Below are positions 29,752-40,087 of a stretch of 64,000 nt of DNA, in pieces (within the stretch, counting starts at the first letter, position 1; each line of letters opens with the position of its first letter). A program made the position numbers and the translations under genes. The stretch lies in NCBI GenBank assembly GCA_051251855.1, contig JBPOGI010000001.1, forward strand, positions 864,001-928,000, in the 5' to 3' direction. This DNA is from Roseibacillus sp. (GTDB lineage: Bacteria > Verrucomicrobiota > Verrucomicrobiia > Verrucomicrobiales > Akkermansiaceae). The notes beneath the pieces are model-generated. The model did no database searches. It was not told the origin of the DNA and saw only the letters and a list, made by a program, of their open reading frames with translations.

Positions 29752-30498
29752 ATGTCAAAATTTCAAGACAAAGTAGTGGTGGTGAGTGGAGCGGGGCGCG
29801 GTATTGGTTTGGAAATGGCGAAGTCCTTCGCTGCCGAAGGGGCCAAGGTCGCGGTGATTTCGCGAAATGAAAGTAGCTGCGGAGCGGCGGTCAATGCAAT
29901 CAATGGTGAGTTTCCGGGAGCTTCGAAGGCCTATGCGGTTGATGTTGCTGATGGGGCGGCGGTGGATGCGATGAGTAAGACTATTTTGGCTGACTTTGGT
30001 TCGATTGACGTGTTGATTAATAATGCTGGCATCACGCGCGATGGACTTTTGATGCGCATGAAGGAGGAAGACTGGGACGCGGTTCTCGATACCAATCTGA
30101 AGGGTGCTTTTAATATGACAAAAGCCTTTCAAAGACCGCTGATGAAATCGTCTCAGGGGCGAATCATCAACGTGAGCTCGGTTATCGGTATTATCGGTAA
30201 TGCTGGGCAAGCGAACTATGCGGCGAGTAAGGCTGGGTTAATTGGCTTCACGAAATCAGTGGCGCGTGAGTTGGCTGGCAAGAAGGTGACCTGCAATGCT
30301 ATCGCTCCTGGCTTCATCGCGACGGATATGACGGATGGTCTCGATGACAAAATCATTGAGGCGATTCTTGGAAAAATTCCTCTCAAGGAGCTGGGCAATG
30401 TCGCGGATGTAACAGCTCTTGCACTGTTTCTTGCGAGCTCTGATGCCCGATATATCACGGGGCAAGTGGTGGCGACAGACGGAGGGATGACGATGTAA
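29752..30498 (+). CDS. fabG: 3-oxoacyl-ACP reductase
   Basis: GAGRGIG, NNAGITRDGLLMRM, GNAGQANYAASKAG and PGFIATDMT. Confidence 0.93.
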   Translation: MSKFQDKVVVVSGAGRGIGLEMAKSFAAEGAKVAVISRNESSCGAAVNAINGEFPGASKAYAVDVADGAAVDAMSKTILADFGSIDVLINNAGITRDGLLMRMKEEDWDAVLDTNLKGAFNMTKAFQRPLMKSSQGRIINVSSVIGIIGNAGQANYAASKAGLIGFTKSVARELAGKKVTCNAIAPGFIATDMTDGLDDKIIEAILGKIPLKELGNVADVTALALFLASSDARYITGQVVATDGGMTM

Positions 30499-30980
30499 TG
30501 GACGTCATTTTTGTCAGGCACGGTAAGGCGAATGATCATGGCCCTGATGGGGGTGATCATGGTCGGCGGCTGACGGATAAGGGCTGGAAGCAGTCTCGAG
30601 CAGTTGGTGACTTGTTGACGAAGTTGGAGCTGGTCCCAGATTTGGTGCTGAGTAGTCCGCGGACCCGAGCCTTCGAGACCGCGGCGGGGGTGATGGCTGC
30701 TGCGGGGATGGAAGGAAACCCCGTAATCCAAGAGTGGCTGAATTTTGACCTACGTCCCCAGACGGTGATGGAGGAGTTAGGCGCTTTGCCTGATGAAATT
30801 GGTCGGGTGGTTTTGGTAGGTCATGAGCCGACTTTCTCGGGGATGGTGGCTTGGCTGTTAGGGGCAGAAACGGGATACGCAGAAGTGAAGAAGGCGAGTG
30901 TTGTGAGGTTCGAGCTGTCTCCACCTTCGCGGCACGGGGCTTTACTCAAGATGCTGGTTCCGGTGAAAGCTCTTTTTTGA
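30498..30980 (+). CDS. sixA: Phosphohistidine phosphatase SixA
   Basis: RHGKA, R.LT..G, SSP..RA.ETA and VGHEP motifs. TAATG overlap with fabG. Confidence 0.88.
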   Translation: MDVIFVRHGKANDHGPDGGDHGRRLTDKGWKQSRAVGDLLTKLELVPDLVLSSPRTRAFETAAGVMAAAGMEGNPVIQEWLNFDLRPQTVMEELGALPDEIGRVVLVGHEPTFSGMVAWLLGAETGYAEVKKASVVRFELSPPSRHGALLKMLVPVKALF

Positions 30981-30993
30981 GAAACTCAGTGAG

Positions 30994-31455
30994 ATGAATT
31001 GCCCGAGAGATAATACGGTCCTGCGTTCTGTTAGGAAGGGGCTTTTGGAAGTCAACGTTTGCGATGAGTGCAATGGTTTTTCAGTTCTTTTGAAACAAGA
31101 AGCGGCCAATGCGCTAGAAGCTCAGTTGAATAAGCACTTCTCAAAAGGGGGAGAAGGGAACGTAGTTGCGACGCTGGTCTCACCTTATACTGGTGAGCCA
31201 ATGAAGCGTTTTGTCTATCGTGAAATACAATTGGACTATTGCCCAGCTACGCACTCGATCTGGTTCGACTACGGGGAGTATTCGAGGATGTTTCAGGGGC
31301 CGGAAAAGGTTGCGGCTCGACCCACAAAAAGTGTTAGCGAGGCTGGTGGTAAAGCTTGGGAAACGGTTGAGAATGTAGGCAACTCAATTGATGTTCTGGG
31401 AGTGGTCGGCGAGGTGATTGGAGAGTTGCTTACAGGAGTGGATATTTTTTCCTAG
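30994..31455 (+). CDS. zf-TFIIB-like zinc-ribbon protein
   Basis: CPRD...C..C.G ribbon plus a second degenerate ribbon LDYC....IWFD.GE. Confidence 0.65.
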   Translation: MNCPRDNTVLRSVRKGLLEVNVCDECNGFSVLLKQEAANALEAQLNKHFSKGGEGNVVATLVSPYTGEPMKRFVYREIQLDYCPATHSIWFDYGEYSRMFQGPEKVAARPTKSVSEAGGKAWETVENVGNSIDVLGVVGEVIGELLTGVDIFS

Positions 31456-31904
31456 AAAGTCACGCGACAGATGCGCCAATCGGGCATGACGTCCGCATCG
31501 CGGGAACGATAAAACTCGATGGCGTCCTTGTTCCAATCGAGGACCGACCATTCGGCGCGCCCGTATCCTCTTTCTTTGGCGATTTTGAGAAACCCGTCGA
31601 GCAACTCGCGGCCAAAGCCTTGTCCTCGGAATTGGGGGCGAACGTAAAGATCCTCGAGCCAGAGTCCGGATTTTCCGGTGAAGCTGGAAAAATTGCGATA
31701 GAAGATGGCAAATCCTGCCAAGCCTTTTCCGTCGGGAGAATCGATGACGAGCCCTTCGAGGAGGTTTTCTTCAAAGATGGCGCGTTCGATATCGCTAGGG
31801 GTGGAGCGCACGAGGTGGCTAATTTCTTCGAAATCAGCAAGTTCAAGAGCCATGGCGTGCAGCTCGGCGATTTCGAAGCGGAGGGGCAGTCTTGGCTGAA
31901 TCAT
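31452..31904 (-). CDS. GNAT N-acetyltransferase (SSAT-like)
   Basis: ELA.FE, FSSF.GK.GLWLEDLYV.P..RG.G.G and WSVLDWN..AI.FY. Confidence 0.9.
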   Translation of the reverse strand: MIQPRLPLRFEIAELHAMALELADFEEISHLVRSTPSDIERAIFEENLLEGLVIDSPDGKGLAGFAIFYRNFSSFTGKSGLWLEDLYVRPQFRGQGFGRELLDGFLKIAKERGYGRAEWSVLDWNKDAIEFYRSRDADVMPDWRICRVTF

Positions 31905-32069
31905 GGGTGGACCCTAAAGGCAAGATAGGCTATTCCTCAAACAGTAACGCTTAAATGGGTTTCGAAAATCTGGCTCTTGGCGAAGTTCGTCGAGGACTTG
32001 GAGCTTACCCCCTATTTGAGTGAAAAAAAACTGCAAAGCCTCCTGAAATGAGGCGGTATTTAAAAAACG

Positions 32070-35000
32070 ATGAGAAAACTGATATTGGCGATAATCGCTG
32101 TTGGACTTTTACCTGCGGCGCAGGGGCAATTGAGCTTCAAGGGCAAAGAGGGAGTTGGCAAAGGCAAGAAGATCGTCCTTTTGTCGGGTGACGAAGAGTA
32201 TCGCTCGGAAGAGACAAATCCCATGCTGGGCAAAATTCTCAGCCAGCGCTTCGGATACGATTGCACGGTGCTGTTTTCAATGAGCGAGGACGGGAAGTAC
32301 ATCGATTCGAACAATCAGAAAAGTATGGTCGGTATCGAAGAGCTGAAGGACGCCGACCTAATTATCATCGGGACACGCTATCGCCAACTCGATGACAATG
32401 CGTATCAAATCTTAGCGGATTACCTGAACGCGGGTAAGCCCGTCATTGCCTATCGCACCGCAACCCATGCCTTCACTGGTAAAGGTGAGACGGACGGTTT
32501 CCAATGGAAAAATTTCGGTCCCAAAATTGTGGGAGAAGGTTGGGTGAGCCACCATGGCAAGCACAAGGTCGAGGGAGCGCGAGGCGTGATTGAAGCCGCA
32601 AACTCAGACCATCCGATTTTAACTGGTGTTCAGAATGTCTTCGGGCCTTCTGACGTTTACGGGGTCAATGCAGTGACTCCTGAGAATGCGACGATTCTGT
32701 TGCGTGGGGAGGTAACCGAAACTCTTGCTTCTGATTCCAAGGCTGTTGCGGCCAAAAATGACCCCATGCAGCCACTGGCTTGGCTTCGGGAATACACCGC
32801 GCCTAACGGTAAGACCAAAGGGAAAACCTTTGCCACTACGATGGGAGCTTCTGTCGACTTTCTGAACGAAGATTTGCGCCGAATGGTAGTCAATGCTTCT
32901 ATTTTCCTGACGACTGGCGATGTTCCCAAGCAATCGGATGTCACTCCCATCGACGGATTTGCTCCGACTTTCTACAGCTTCATTAAGGATAAAAATTACT
33001 ACAAAAAGCGTAATCTTCAGCCTTCTGACTTTGCTCTTGGCAGCAATGCTTCGACCGGTCTTCCCAACGCTAATGTTCCTCAGGTTTGGAAGGACGAGCT
33101 GAAGAAGTCGGCCGCCGCGTCAGCTCCTGCTCCAGCAGCTGCTGTAGGTGAGGGTACTTCCTTGCCTCTTGAGGTGAAGGATGGCCAACGAATCGTTTTT
33201 GTCGGTAACGGCCTTGGTGATGGATTTCAGCGCAATGGTCATTTCGAGACCTTTCTTCAGACTGCTTTTACGGGTAAAGAGTTGGTAGTGCGGAACCTTT
33301 GCCATCCTGGCTTCACTGCTGGCTTCCGTCCTCATCCTTCTCGCAAATCTCAGTGGGCTTTTCCTGGCGCGGAGGCGTTTCGACCCGAGTTCAAGCCCCA
33401 CAAAGGAAATGGCCACTATCCCACCGAAGATGAATGGCTTGGGACTTTGAAGGCGGATACTGTGCTTGGATTCTTTGGGTTCAATGAGTCCTTCGATGGT
33501 AAGGCTGGACTTGAGCCTTTCGAAGGCGAGTTGAGCGCTTGGATCGACCATACTCGCACTCAGAAATACAACGGAGAGTCCGCTCCACATATCGTTTTGG
33601 TGGCGCCGATTGCTCCCGAAACTTGGGTTGAAAACTATGAGGATCGAGTTCTCGCTCTGACTGACTACACCGCGGCGATGGCCAAGGTCGCTACCGAAAA
33701 AAAGGTAGCCTTCGTCAATCTCTTCGAGATGACCAAGCAGTCAGCTGAGCTCGGTGGTTCAGCAGTAAAAACTCCCTACGGTGTCTTTCCAGGTGAGGAA
33801 GGGTATCGCTGGTTGGGACGCGAGCTGGTGACTCAGGTTTTTGCTGGTAAGGGCTTTGAGAAAGGACCGTTGCAGGATGTGCAAAATGCGGTGATGAACA
33901 AGAACTGGCACTGGATGAACGACTATCGCATGCCGAACGGTGTTCATGTCTATGGTCGTCGTTATAAGCCATTTGGTCCCGACAACTATCCAGATGAGAT
34001 TAAGAAGAATCGCGAAATGACCGAGATTCGCGATCAAGCAATTTGGGCGGTTGCAGAAGGACGCGAGTTCGATGTTGCAGCAGCTGATGCCAAGACGACT
34101 CAGCTCAAACCCATCAAGACCAACTACAAGCCGAGCGTGAAGAACGGCTCGATGGAATACAAATATGGCGACGATGCAGTAGCGAGTTTGAAGATGGCCG
34201 ATGGCTTTAAGGTTGAGCTTTTTGCGGACGAGCGTCAGTTCGAGAATTTAGCCAATCCGGTTCAAGTGGCCTTCGACAATAAAGGTCGTCTTTGGGTGGC
34301 CACGATGCCGAGCTACCCTCATTACCGTCCAGGTGATGCCTATCCTGACGATAAGATTCTGATTTACGAGGACACCGATGGTGATGGCAAGGCGGATAAG
34401 GAGACTGTGTTCGTTGAGAATATCGACCTTCCTATGGGCTTCGAAATTACTGACCACGGGGTTTACGTGTCACAGGCGCCACATCTTGTTCTCATGAAGG
34501 ACACCGATGGTGATGACAAGTGCGACACTCGTGAAATTGTGATGACCGGCTTCGACCATCACGATACCCACCACGCCGTGAGCGCATTCTGCGCGGATCC
34601 TTCAGGTGCGTTTATTCTCTCCGAGGGTGTGTTCCTCCATTCTAATACTGAGACCATGCGTGGACCTGTTCGCGGAGTTGATGGTGGTTTCTACCGTTAT
34701 GACCCCCGCCTTAAGCGTCTTGAGCGTAAAGTGCAGGTTTCAATCCCGAACCCTTGGGGAGTTGCTTACGATAAGTGGGGACAGGACTTCTTCCTTCACA
34801 CCTCGGGAACGAAGGTGAACTGGATGATGCCCGTTTCTATGAAGACTCCTTATGGAGTTCAGAATCCAGGCACGATCGACTTGATTCCATCTAAGGAGCG
34901 AGTGCGTCCTACCTCTGGAATCGAATTTGTTTCGTCACGTCATTTTCCTGAGGAGATGGACGGCGACTTGTTGCTCTGTAACAACATTGGTTTCCTTGGC

Positions 35001-36197
35001 ATTAAGCAGCACCAAATCGAAGATGACGGCACAGGCTATAAGATTGTGAAGAGCCAGGACTTGCTTGTGTCGAGTGATGGTAACTTCAGACCTGTTGATT
35101 TGGAGTTCGCTCCTGACGGTTCTCTTTATGTTGCGGACTGGCACAACGTTCTGATTGGTCACATGCAGCACAATGCGCGCGATCCACATCGTGACCATGT
35201 TCATGGCCGTATCTATCGTATTACTGCAGATAAGCGTCCTCTGGTGAAGGTAGTGAAAGTAGATGGTGCTCCGATTGCCGATTTGCTTGAAAACCTCAAA
35301 GAGGAAGAATACCGCGTTCGCTACCGCACCCGCCGTGAATTGCGTGGACGCGATGCTGATGAGGTAGCTGCTGCTACGAAGTCTTGGGTTGCCAAGCAAT
35401 CCGATGAGCATGCTCGATTGGAAGGTCTCTGGGTTGGCTGGGGAATTGGTCAACTCGATGTTGAGTTGCTCAAGAGCTTGCTCCAGTCCGATGATTTCCA
35501 TGTTCGCGCTGCCGCTGTGAAGTGCTTGCGCTACAATGCGGATATTGTGTCCGAAACGGGTGATTTGCTTCTGGCTGCTGCTGGAGACGAGCATGGCCGT
35601 GTTCGCTTAGAGGCGACCGTCGCTGCCACTTGGATGGGTAAAGAAAAGGGACTCCCAGCTGCTGAGAAGGCCGCCTCTCTTCCTTTGGATGATTGGAGCA
35701 AAAAGCCCATCGAAACTTCCGTGGGTCGTTTGAAGGGTGAAGCTGAGATTGAGAATGCGGAACCGAAGGCGAAGATTCCTAGGCACCTTGCGAAGGAGTT
35801 CCGTGGCGCTTACAAAAAAGGTTTCGAGATTTATCACCGCGAAGGCTATTGTGGCACATGTCACCAAGACGATGGCAAAGGTCTGCCTGCTGCAGGGTTC
35901 CCGCCCTTGGCTGGGACAGAGTGGGTCAAGGGTGATCCTGAAGTCATGACCAAGATGGTTCTTCATGGTCTTATTGGACCTATTGAAGTCAATGGGGTGA
36001 AGTATCCAGGACAAGTGCCTATGACTCAGTTTGGTGGTCTTTTGAACGATGAGGAAGTGGCTGCCGTCATGACTTATGTTCGGAATTCCTTTGGTAATAA
36101 GGCTGCCCCAGTGAAGCCAAGTGATGTCAAAAAGGTGCGCGATGCCCATAAGGGACGCACTGACCTCTGGACTGTAGAGGAACTTCTCAAAAAGTAG
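32070..36197 (+). CDS. PVC-type heme-binding fusion: ThuA-like, SGNH-like, beta-propeller dehydrogenase-like, HEAT and cytochrome c domains
   Basis: Signal peptide. GDEEYRSEE and THAF (ThuA-like). Ala/Pro linker. IVFVGN..., FGFNE (SGNH-like). LANPV..AFD.KGRLWV, DTDGDG.AD and FRPVD..FAPDG.LYVADW (propeller). HEAT-like repeats. CGTCH...MTQF. Confidence 0.88.
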   Translation: MRKLILAIIAVGLLPAAQGQLSFKGKEGVGKGKKIVLLSGDEEYRSEETNPMLGKILSQRFGYDCTVLFSMSEDGKYIDSNNQKSMVGIEELKDADLIIIGTRYRQLDDNAYQILADYLNAGKPVIAYRTATHAFTGKGETDGFQWKNFGPKIVGEGWVSHHGKHKVEGARGVIEAANSDHPILTGVQNVFGPSDVYGVNAVTPENATILLRGEVTETLASDSKAVAAKNDPMQPLAWLREYTAPNGKTKGKTFATTMGASVDFLNEDLRRMVVNASIFLTTGDVPKQSDVTPIDGFAPTFYSFIKDKNYYKKRNLQPSDFALGSNASTGLPNANVPQVWKDELKKSAAASAPAPAAAVGEGTSLPLEVKDGQRIVFVGNGLGDGFQRNGHFETFLQTAFTGKELVVRNLCHPGFTAGFRPHPSRKSQWAFPGAEAFRPEFKPHKGNGHYPTEDEWLGTLKADTVLGFFGFNESFDGKAGLEPFEGELSAWIDHTRTQKYNGESAPHIVLVAPIAPETWVENYEDRVLALTDYTAAMAKVATEKKVAFVNLFEMTKQSAELGGSAVKTPYGVFPGEEGYRWLGRELVTQVFAGKGFEKGPLQDVQNAVMNKNWHWMNDYRMPNGVHVYGRRYKPFGPDNYPDEIKKNREMTEIRDQAIWAVAEGREFDVAAADAKTTQLKPIKTNYKPSVKNGSMEYKYGDDAVASLKMADGFKVELFADERQFENLANPVQVAFDNKGRLWVATMPSYPHYRPGDAYPDDKILIYEDTDGDGKADKETVFVENIDLPMGFEITDHGVYVSQAPHLVLMKDTDGDDKCDTREIVMTGFDHHDTHHAVSAFCADPSGAFILSEGVFLHSNTETMRGPVRGVDGGFYRYDPRLKRLERKVQVSIPNPWGVAYDKWGQDFFLHTSGTKVNWMMPVSMKTPYGVQNPGTIDLIPSKERVRPTSGIEFVSSRHFPEEMDGDLLLCNNIGFLGIKQHQIEDDGTGYKIVKSQDLLVSSDGNFRPVDLEFAPDGSLYVADWHNVLIGHMQHNARDPHRDHVHGRIYRITADKRPLVKVVKVDGAPIADLLENLKEEEYRVRYRTRRELRGRDADEVAAATKSWVAKQSDEHARLEGLWVGWGIGQLDVELLKSLLQSDDFHVRAAAVKCLRYNADIVSETGDLLLAAAGDEHGRVRLEATVAATWMGKEKGLPAAEKAASLPLDDWSKKPIETSVGRLKGEAEIENAEPKAKIPRHLAKEFRGAYKKGFEIYHREGYCGTCHQDDGKGLPAAGFPPLAGTEWVKGDPEVMTKMVLHGLIGPIEVNGVKYPGQVPMTQFGGLLNDEEVAAVMTYVRNSFGNKAAPVKPSDVKKVRDAHKGRTDLWTVEELLKK

Positions 36198-36206
36198 TCT
36201 CATCTC

Positions 36207-37226
36207 ATGGCTTGGAAATTACACAACGCGATGTGGCCCGGCTTGGTCGGGAAAGAGGTGGGCTCTGCGGAGCCTCCGATCAGCCTCGACCGTATGCTGG
36301 AGCTGACGACCAATAGTTCGGTCGCCGGCAGCAGTTATGATGGTGTTGATTTGTTTCTCTATCAGCCGCACCTCGATATCGATGCTCATGAAGATGAGAT
36401 CCGGAAGCTTGCGGACAAAGTCGCAGATGCGGGTTTGAAGGTGGGCACGGTAGTCGCTCCGATTTGGCCCGATACCGAAGGCGGTAGTGCCATGGGTTCT
36501 GCTGAAGAACGGACTCGTTTCGTGAACGCGGTGCGCAAAGGTTGTCGCTATGCCAAGGTTCTTCGTGAACATGGAGTGCGGGAGTATGGCAATATCCGCA
36601 TCGATTCAGCCTGCGGAGTTGAAGATTGGGCCAAGGACCCTGCGGCTCATACCAAGCTCATTGCTGATACTTTTTCAGAAGCGGCCAAGGTCGCAGAGGA
36701 GTTCGACGAAGTGCTCGTTGCTGAAGGCGAAATCTGCTGGGGCGGAATGCATTCGTGGAAAGATATGCTCGACCTACTCGAAGCGGTTGGAAAGCCGGGG
36801 CGGGTTGGTTTTCAAGCAGACCTTGCTCACACTTACCTCTATTTGTTGGGATATAATGCCCCTGAGCACGCCATGATTTCTGCTGGCCATACTGACGAAG
36901 AGTTCTATTCCGCCTATGCTGAAATGACTTCGAAGTTGGCTCCGTGGACCTATGATTTCCATGTCGCTCAGAATGATGGAACCGTCCATGGGACCGGCGC
37001 ACACGATAAGACTGGACGTCATTGTCCTGCCAATGATCCGAACGGGAAGTTGGATATCGTGAAGTGTTCCTCCTACTGGCTCCTTGATGAGCAGGGGAAT
37101 CAACGCCCAGAAATCGGTCACCTCTGTTGGGATGGATGCATGTTCTCCAATGAAACCTTGGAGCAGCAGCAGACTTGGAACGATATTTTGGAGGTGATGC
37201 AGCAGATCAACGTCGCTCATGGTTGA
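36207..37226 (+). CDS. Sugar isomerase/epimerase, xylose-isomerase-like TIM barrel
   Basis: [41 protein letters not shown] and CWDG metal-ligand pattern. Confidence 0.8.
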   Translation: MAWKLHNAMWPGLVGKEVGSAEPPISLDRMLELTTNSSVAGSSYDGVDLFLYQPHLDIDAHEDEIRKLADKVADAGLKVGTVVAPIWPDTEGGSAMGSAEERTRFVNAVRKGCRYAKVLREHGVREYGNIRIDSACGVEDWAKDPAAHTKLIADTFSEAAKVAEEFDEVLVAEGEICWGGMHSWKDMLDLLEAVGKPGRVGFQADLAHTYLYLLGYNAPEHAMISAGHTDEEFYSAYAEMTSKLAPWTYDFHVAQNDGTVHGTGAHDKTGRHCPANDPNGKLDIVKCSSYWLLDEQGNQRPEIGHLCWDGCMFSNETLEQQQTWNDILEVMQQINVAHG

Positions 37227-37248
37227 TTAAGCGATTTTTAAAAGATGA

Positions 37249-37289
37249 GGCGAGGTTGGCGGTTTGATCGCCAACCTCGCCATTTTTAT
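37249..37289 (+). terminator. Rho-independent terminator
   Basis: GGCGAGGTTGGCG-N7-CGCCAACCTCGCC, a 13-bp perfect stem followed by ATTTTTAT, 22 bp after the stop codon. Confidence 0.85.
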
Positions 37290-37312
37290 GGCCTCGGCTA
37301 ATCGGCTTTATG

Positions 37313-37398
37313 ACGGAGTTGAGTTGGTAACAACTCCTCGGGCTGGAAGGATGAGGTGAACGCCAACTCAGCCCGCTTTGTCACCAAAGCGGCACCGT
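37313..37398. repeat. REPIN-like element, copy B
   Basis: GAGTTGGTAACAACTC hairpin, then CAGCCCGCTTTGTCACCAAAGCGGC, which differs by one base from the right arm of 15062-15142. The spacer is also similar. Confidence 0.75.
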
Positions 37399-37499
37399 AA
37401 AAGGTTGATTTAGGTCTTAATTATTTTGCCAAACAGGGAGTTCCAGAGACGTATCCTTGTCAACGGAGCTCATCGTTCTCAGTCTATTAAAAATCACTC

Positions 37500-38348
37500 A
37501 TGAAAATCGGATTAAACATGCACTTGTGGTCGACCCACATCACGAGCGAACACTTTGGGGCCATTGAGGAATTGAAGACCATCGGCTATGATGGTGTGGA
37601 GGTGTTTTTGGCCAGCCCAGAGCGCTCAAGTTACGATGAGCTAGGAGCCTTTGCGAAGTCCATCGGCATTGAGGTGAACGGTTGCCTCGGTGTGGGGCCT
37701 GAACAGGATCCCATCTCGGAAGACCCTAAGATTCGTCAGGCGGCGCTCGATAAGCTCAAGGAGGCTATCGACAACATTCACGCTGCGGGAGGAAAGAATA
37801 TCTGTGGACCGTTTCACTCGGCCTTCGCCAATTTTTCGCGTAACTCGCCACAGGAATTCGAATACGAGCGCTCGGCTGAGGTTCTTCGCGAAGCGGGTGA
37901 GCATGCTAAGCAGGCGGGGGTGACTTTGACTCCCGAGTCGTTGAATCGTTTCGAGTGCTATTTGTGCAATACGATGGCTCAACTTCGTCATTTGGTCGAC
38001 TTGGTAGACCATCCCAATGTGCGTGGAATGTTCGATAGTCATCATGCTAACATTGAGGAGAAGTCTTTCACTGAGGCTATCGAAATTATTGCTCCAGTCA
38101 TGACTCATGTTCACATCAGCGAGAACGATCGAGGCACTCCCGGTGAAGGCCATATCGACTTTGATGAAATTTTCTCAGCGGTCGCGAAGACTGGCTATGA
38201 TGGCTATTATACCATCGAAGCTTTTTCTCGCGATGATGTCGACTTCGCCAATGCCATCAATGTTTGGCGCGACTATAATCCTCGCATGGATATTTGCCGC
38301 AATGGGTATCAGTTCGTCAAAGAGATGCACGCCAAGCACAACTCCTAG
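37500..38348 (+). CDS. D-psicose/D-tagatose 3-epimerase-like TIM-barrel protein
   Basis: GYDGVE, E.LNRFE.YL, FDSHHANIEE, HVHISENDRG.PG.G and IEAF motifs. Confidence 0.88.
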   Translation: MKIGLNMHLWSTHITSEHFGAIEELKTIGYDGVEVFLASPERSSYDELGAFAKSIGIEVNGCLGVGPEQDPISEDPKIRQAALDKLKEAIDNIHAAGGKNICGPFHSAFANFSRNSPQEFEYERSAEVLREAGEHAKQAGVTLTPESLNRFECYLCNTMAQLRHLVDLVDHPNVRGMFDSHHANIEEKSFTEAIEIIAPVMTHVHISENDRGTPGEGHIDFDEIFSAVAKTGYDGYYTIEAFSRDDVDFANAINVWRDYNPRMDICRNGYQFVKEMHAKHNS

Positions 38349-38354
38349 TCTGCT

Positions 38355-39170
38355 ATGAAAATAAAATTTGGAAACGAGTGTTACACCTGGTTCATGAAGG
38401 AATCGGGTGCTTATTGGGAAAATAAGCTGGACCACATGATTGAGGTTACGGCGAAGGCGGGGATGACGGGTATCGAGCCCATTTTTCCATGGATGGGCGA
38501 CTTGGCTGATCCGGGGCTTTTGGCAGAGAGCTTGCAGAAGCACGGCGTCGAACTTTCGGCTATCGCCTTTGTGGAAGACTGGAATCATCCTGAGGAAACG
38601 GAGGCCGAGAAAGAGAGTGCAGCTAGGGCCATTGAGTTGCTGAAGCATTTTCCTGGAGCGGTTCTTTGCACCGTGCAGATGCCGACGGGGCGTCATGACT
38701 TGGAGCAACGCCGCAAGAATCTTGTCGCCAACGTGAACGCAGTTTCACGTCGTGCCACGGACGCGGGTATCAAATGCAGTTTTCATCCTAACTCTCCCGA
38801 GACTTCCACCAATCGCACCGAGGAGGACTACAAAGTGATTCTCGAGGGCCTTGACTCTTCGGTGACAGGGTGGACTCCCGATGTGGGACACATCATCAAT
38901 GGCGGGATGGACCCGCTTTCTAAAATGAAGGAGTATGCGCACTTGATTAATCACGTCCACTACAAGGATTGGGATGGGAACCCAGAGTTTGCTTTGATGG
39001 GACAGGGGAAAGTTGACCTCGTCGCCGTGACACAGTGGTTGAAGGATCGTGATTACGATGGTTGGGTCATTTGCGAAGACGAAGCTCCTCGCGCAGTGGA
39101 CGATCCCGATGGCGTGACTTTGCACGACGGTCAATGGATTCGGGAAACTTTGATTCCTTCTCTCACATAG
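38355..39170 (+). CDS. Sugar phosphate isomerase/epimerase (IolE-like TIM barrel)
   Basis: GIE, SFHPN, PDVGH...GG.DP, HVHYKD, MGQG.VD and GWVICED motifs. Confidence 0.82.
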   Translation: MKIKFGNECYTWFMKESGAYWENKLDHMIEVTAKAGMTGIEPIFPWMGDLADPGLLAESLQKHGVELSAIAFVEDWNHPEETEAEKESAARAIELLKHFPGAVLCTVQMPTGRHDLEQRRKNLVANVNAVSRRATDAGIKCSFHPNSPETSTNRTEEDYKVILEGLDSSVTGWTPDVGHIINGGMDPLSKMKEYAHLINHVHYKDWDGNPEFALMGQGKVDLVAVTQWLKDRDYDGWVICEDEAPRAVDDPDGVTLHDGQWIRETLIPSLT

Positions 39171-39188
39171 TTTCACACCTAAAAACAG

Positions 39189-39989
39189 ATGCCAAAATTA
39201 TCAACCAACGGAATCGAGATGCACTACGAAGTGCATGGCGAAGGGGAGCCTCTCATTTGTATCATGGGCATCACTGCCCCAGGAGAAGTCTGGGAAGATC
39301 ACGTGAAAGTTTGGAGCCAAAGTTATCAGTGTATTACGCCGGATAACCGCGGAGTCGGACTTAGTGATAAGCCTGAAGGAGAATACACGAGCGCGATGAT
39401 GGCGGATGATTATGCCGGTCTCATGGATGCTCTCGGTATCGAGAAGGCAAGTGTGGTTGGTTGCTCCATGGGCAGTATTATCGCTCAGCAATTGGCGTTA
39501 AGGCATCCCGAGAAGGTGAAGAACGTGGTGCTGATGTGTTCTTGGGCTCGTTGTGATGCTTATGCGAAATCAGTTTTTGGTCATATTGAAACGCTCAAAG
39601 CGAAGGTGACTCCTGCGGAGTTTATGGAGTATATTCAGCTCCTCATCTTTAACAAGAGAAGCTGGGATGACGCTGATACTTTGTCCTCGATGGTTCAAGG
39701 AAGACAGGAAGCTTTGGAGAATGAGAATCCACAGCCTCTCCACGGACTTGTCGGGCAGGCGGCGGCTTGTGTGAACCACGATGTCTACGATCAGCTGGGA
39801 AGTATTCAGGCACCTTGTCTCGTGATTGGTGGTGAAGACGATATTTTTACTCCGCGCTGGATGTCGGATGAGATTCATGCCGCACTGCCGAACAGTCAGC
39901 TGTATCTTTATCCAAAATCGGGTCACGCTTTTCACTGGGAGAATCTGGAAGACTTCAATCAGCGGGTTTTGGATTTTGTGAGCGAGTAA
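39189..39989 (+). CDS. Alpha/beta-fold hydrolase
   Basis: DNRGVGLS, GCSMG nucleophile elbow, GGEDD and SGHA catalytic triad. Confidence 0.92.
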   Translation: MPKLSTNGIEMHYEVHGEGEPLICIMGITAPGEVWEDHVKVWSQSYQCITPDNRGVGLSDKPEGEYTSAMMADDYAGLMDALGIEKASVVGCSMGSIIAQQLALRHPEKVKNVVLMCSWARCDAYAKSVFGHIETLKAKVTPAEFMEYIQLLIFNKRSWDDADTLSSMVQGRQEALENENPQPLHGLVGQAAACVNHDVYDQLGSIQAPCLVIGGEDDIFTPRWMSDEIHAALPNSQLYLYPKSGHAFHWENLEDFNQRVLDFVSE

Positions 39990-40057
39990 AGGAGCAGGGA
40001 TATTCCTGTCCCTGAAAACTGCCGAGATACACAAAGACAGGATTGACCCCTGCTCCT
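39990..40057. repeat. Inverted REP-like pair (GGAG foot) next to the transposase 3' end
   Basis: AGGAGCAGGGATATTCCTGTCCCTG (39990-40014, hairpin CAGGGA...TCCCTG). A partial inverted copy at 40035-40057 reads AGGAGCAGGGGTCAATCCTGTCT on the reverse complement. Confidence 0.7.
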
Positions 40058-40087
40058 GCCTGCGAGGGTTGACCCTTATGTCCCATG

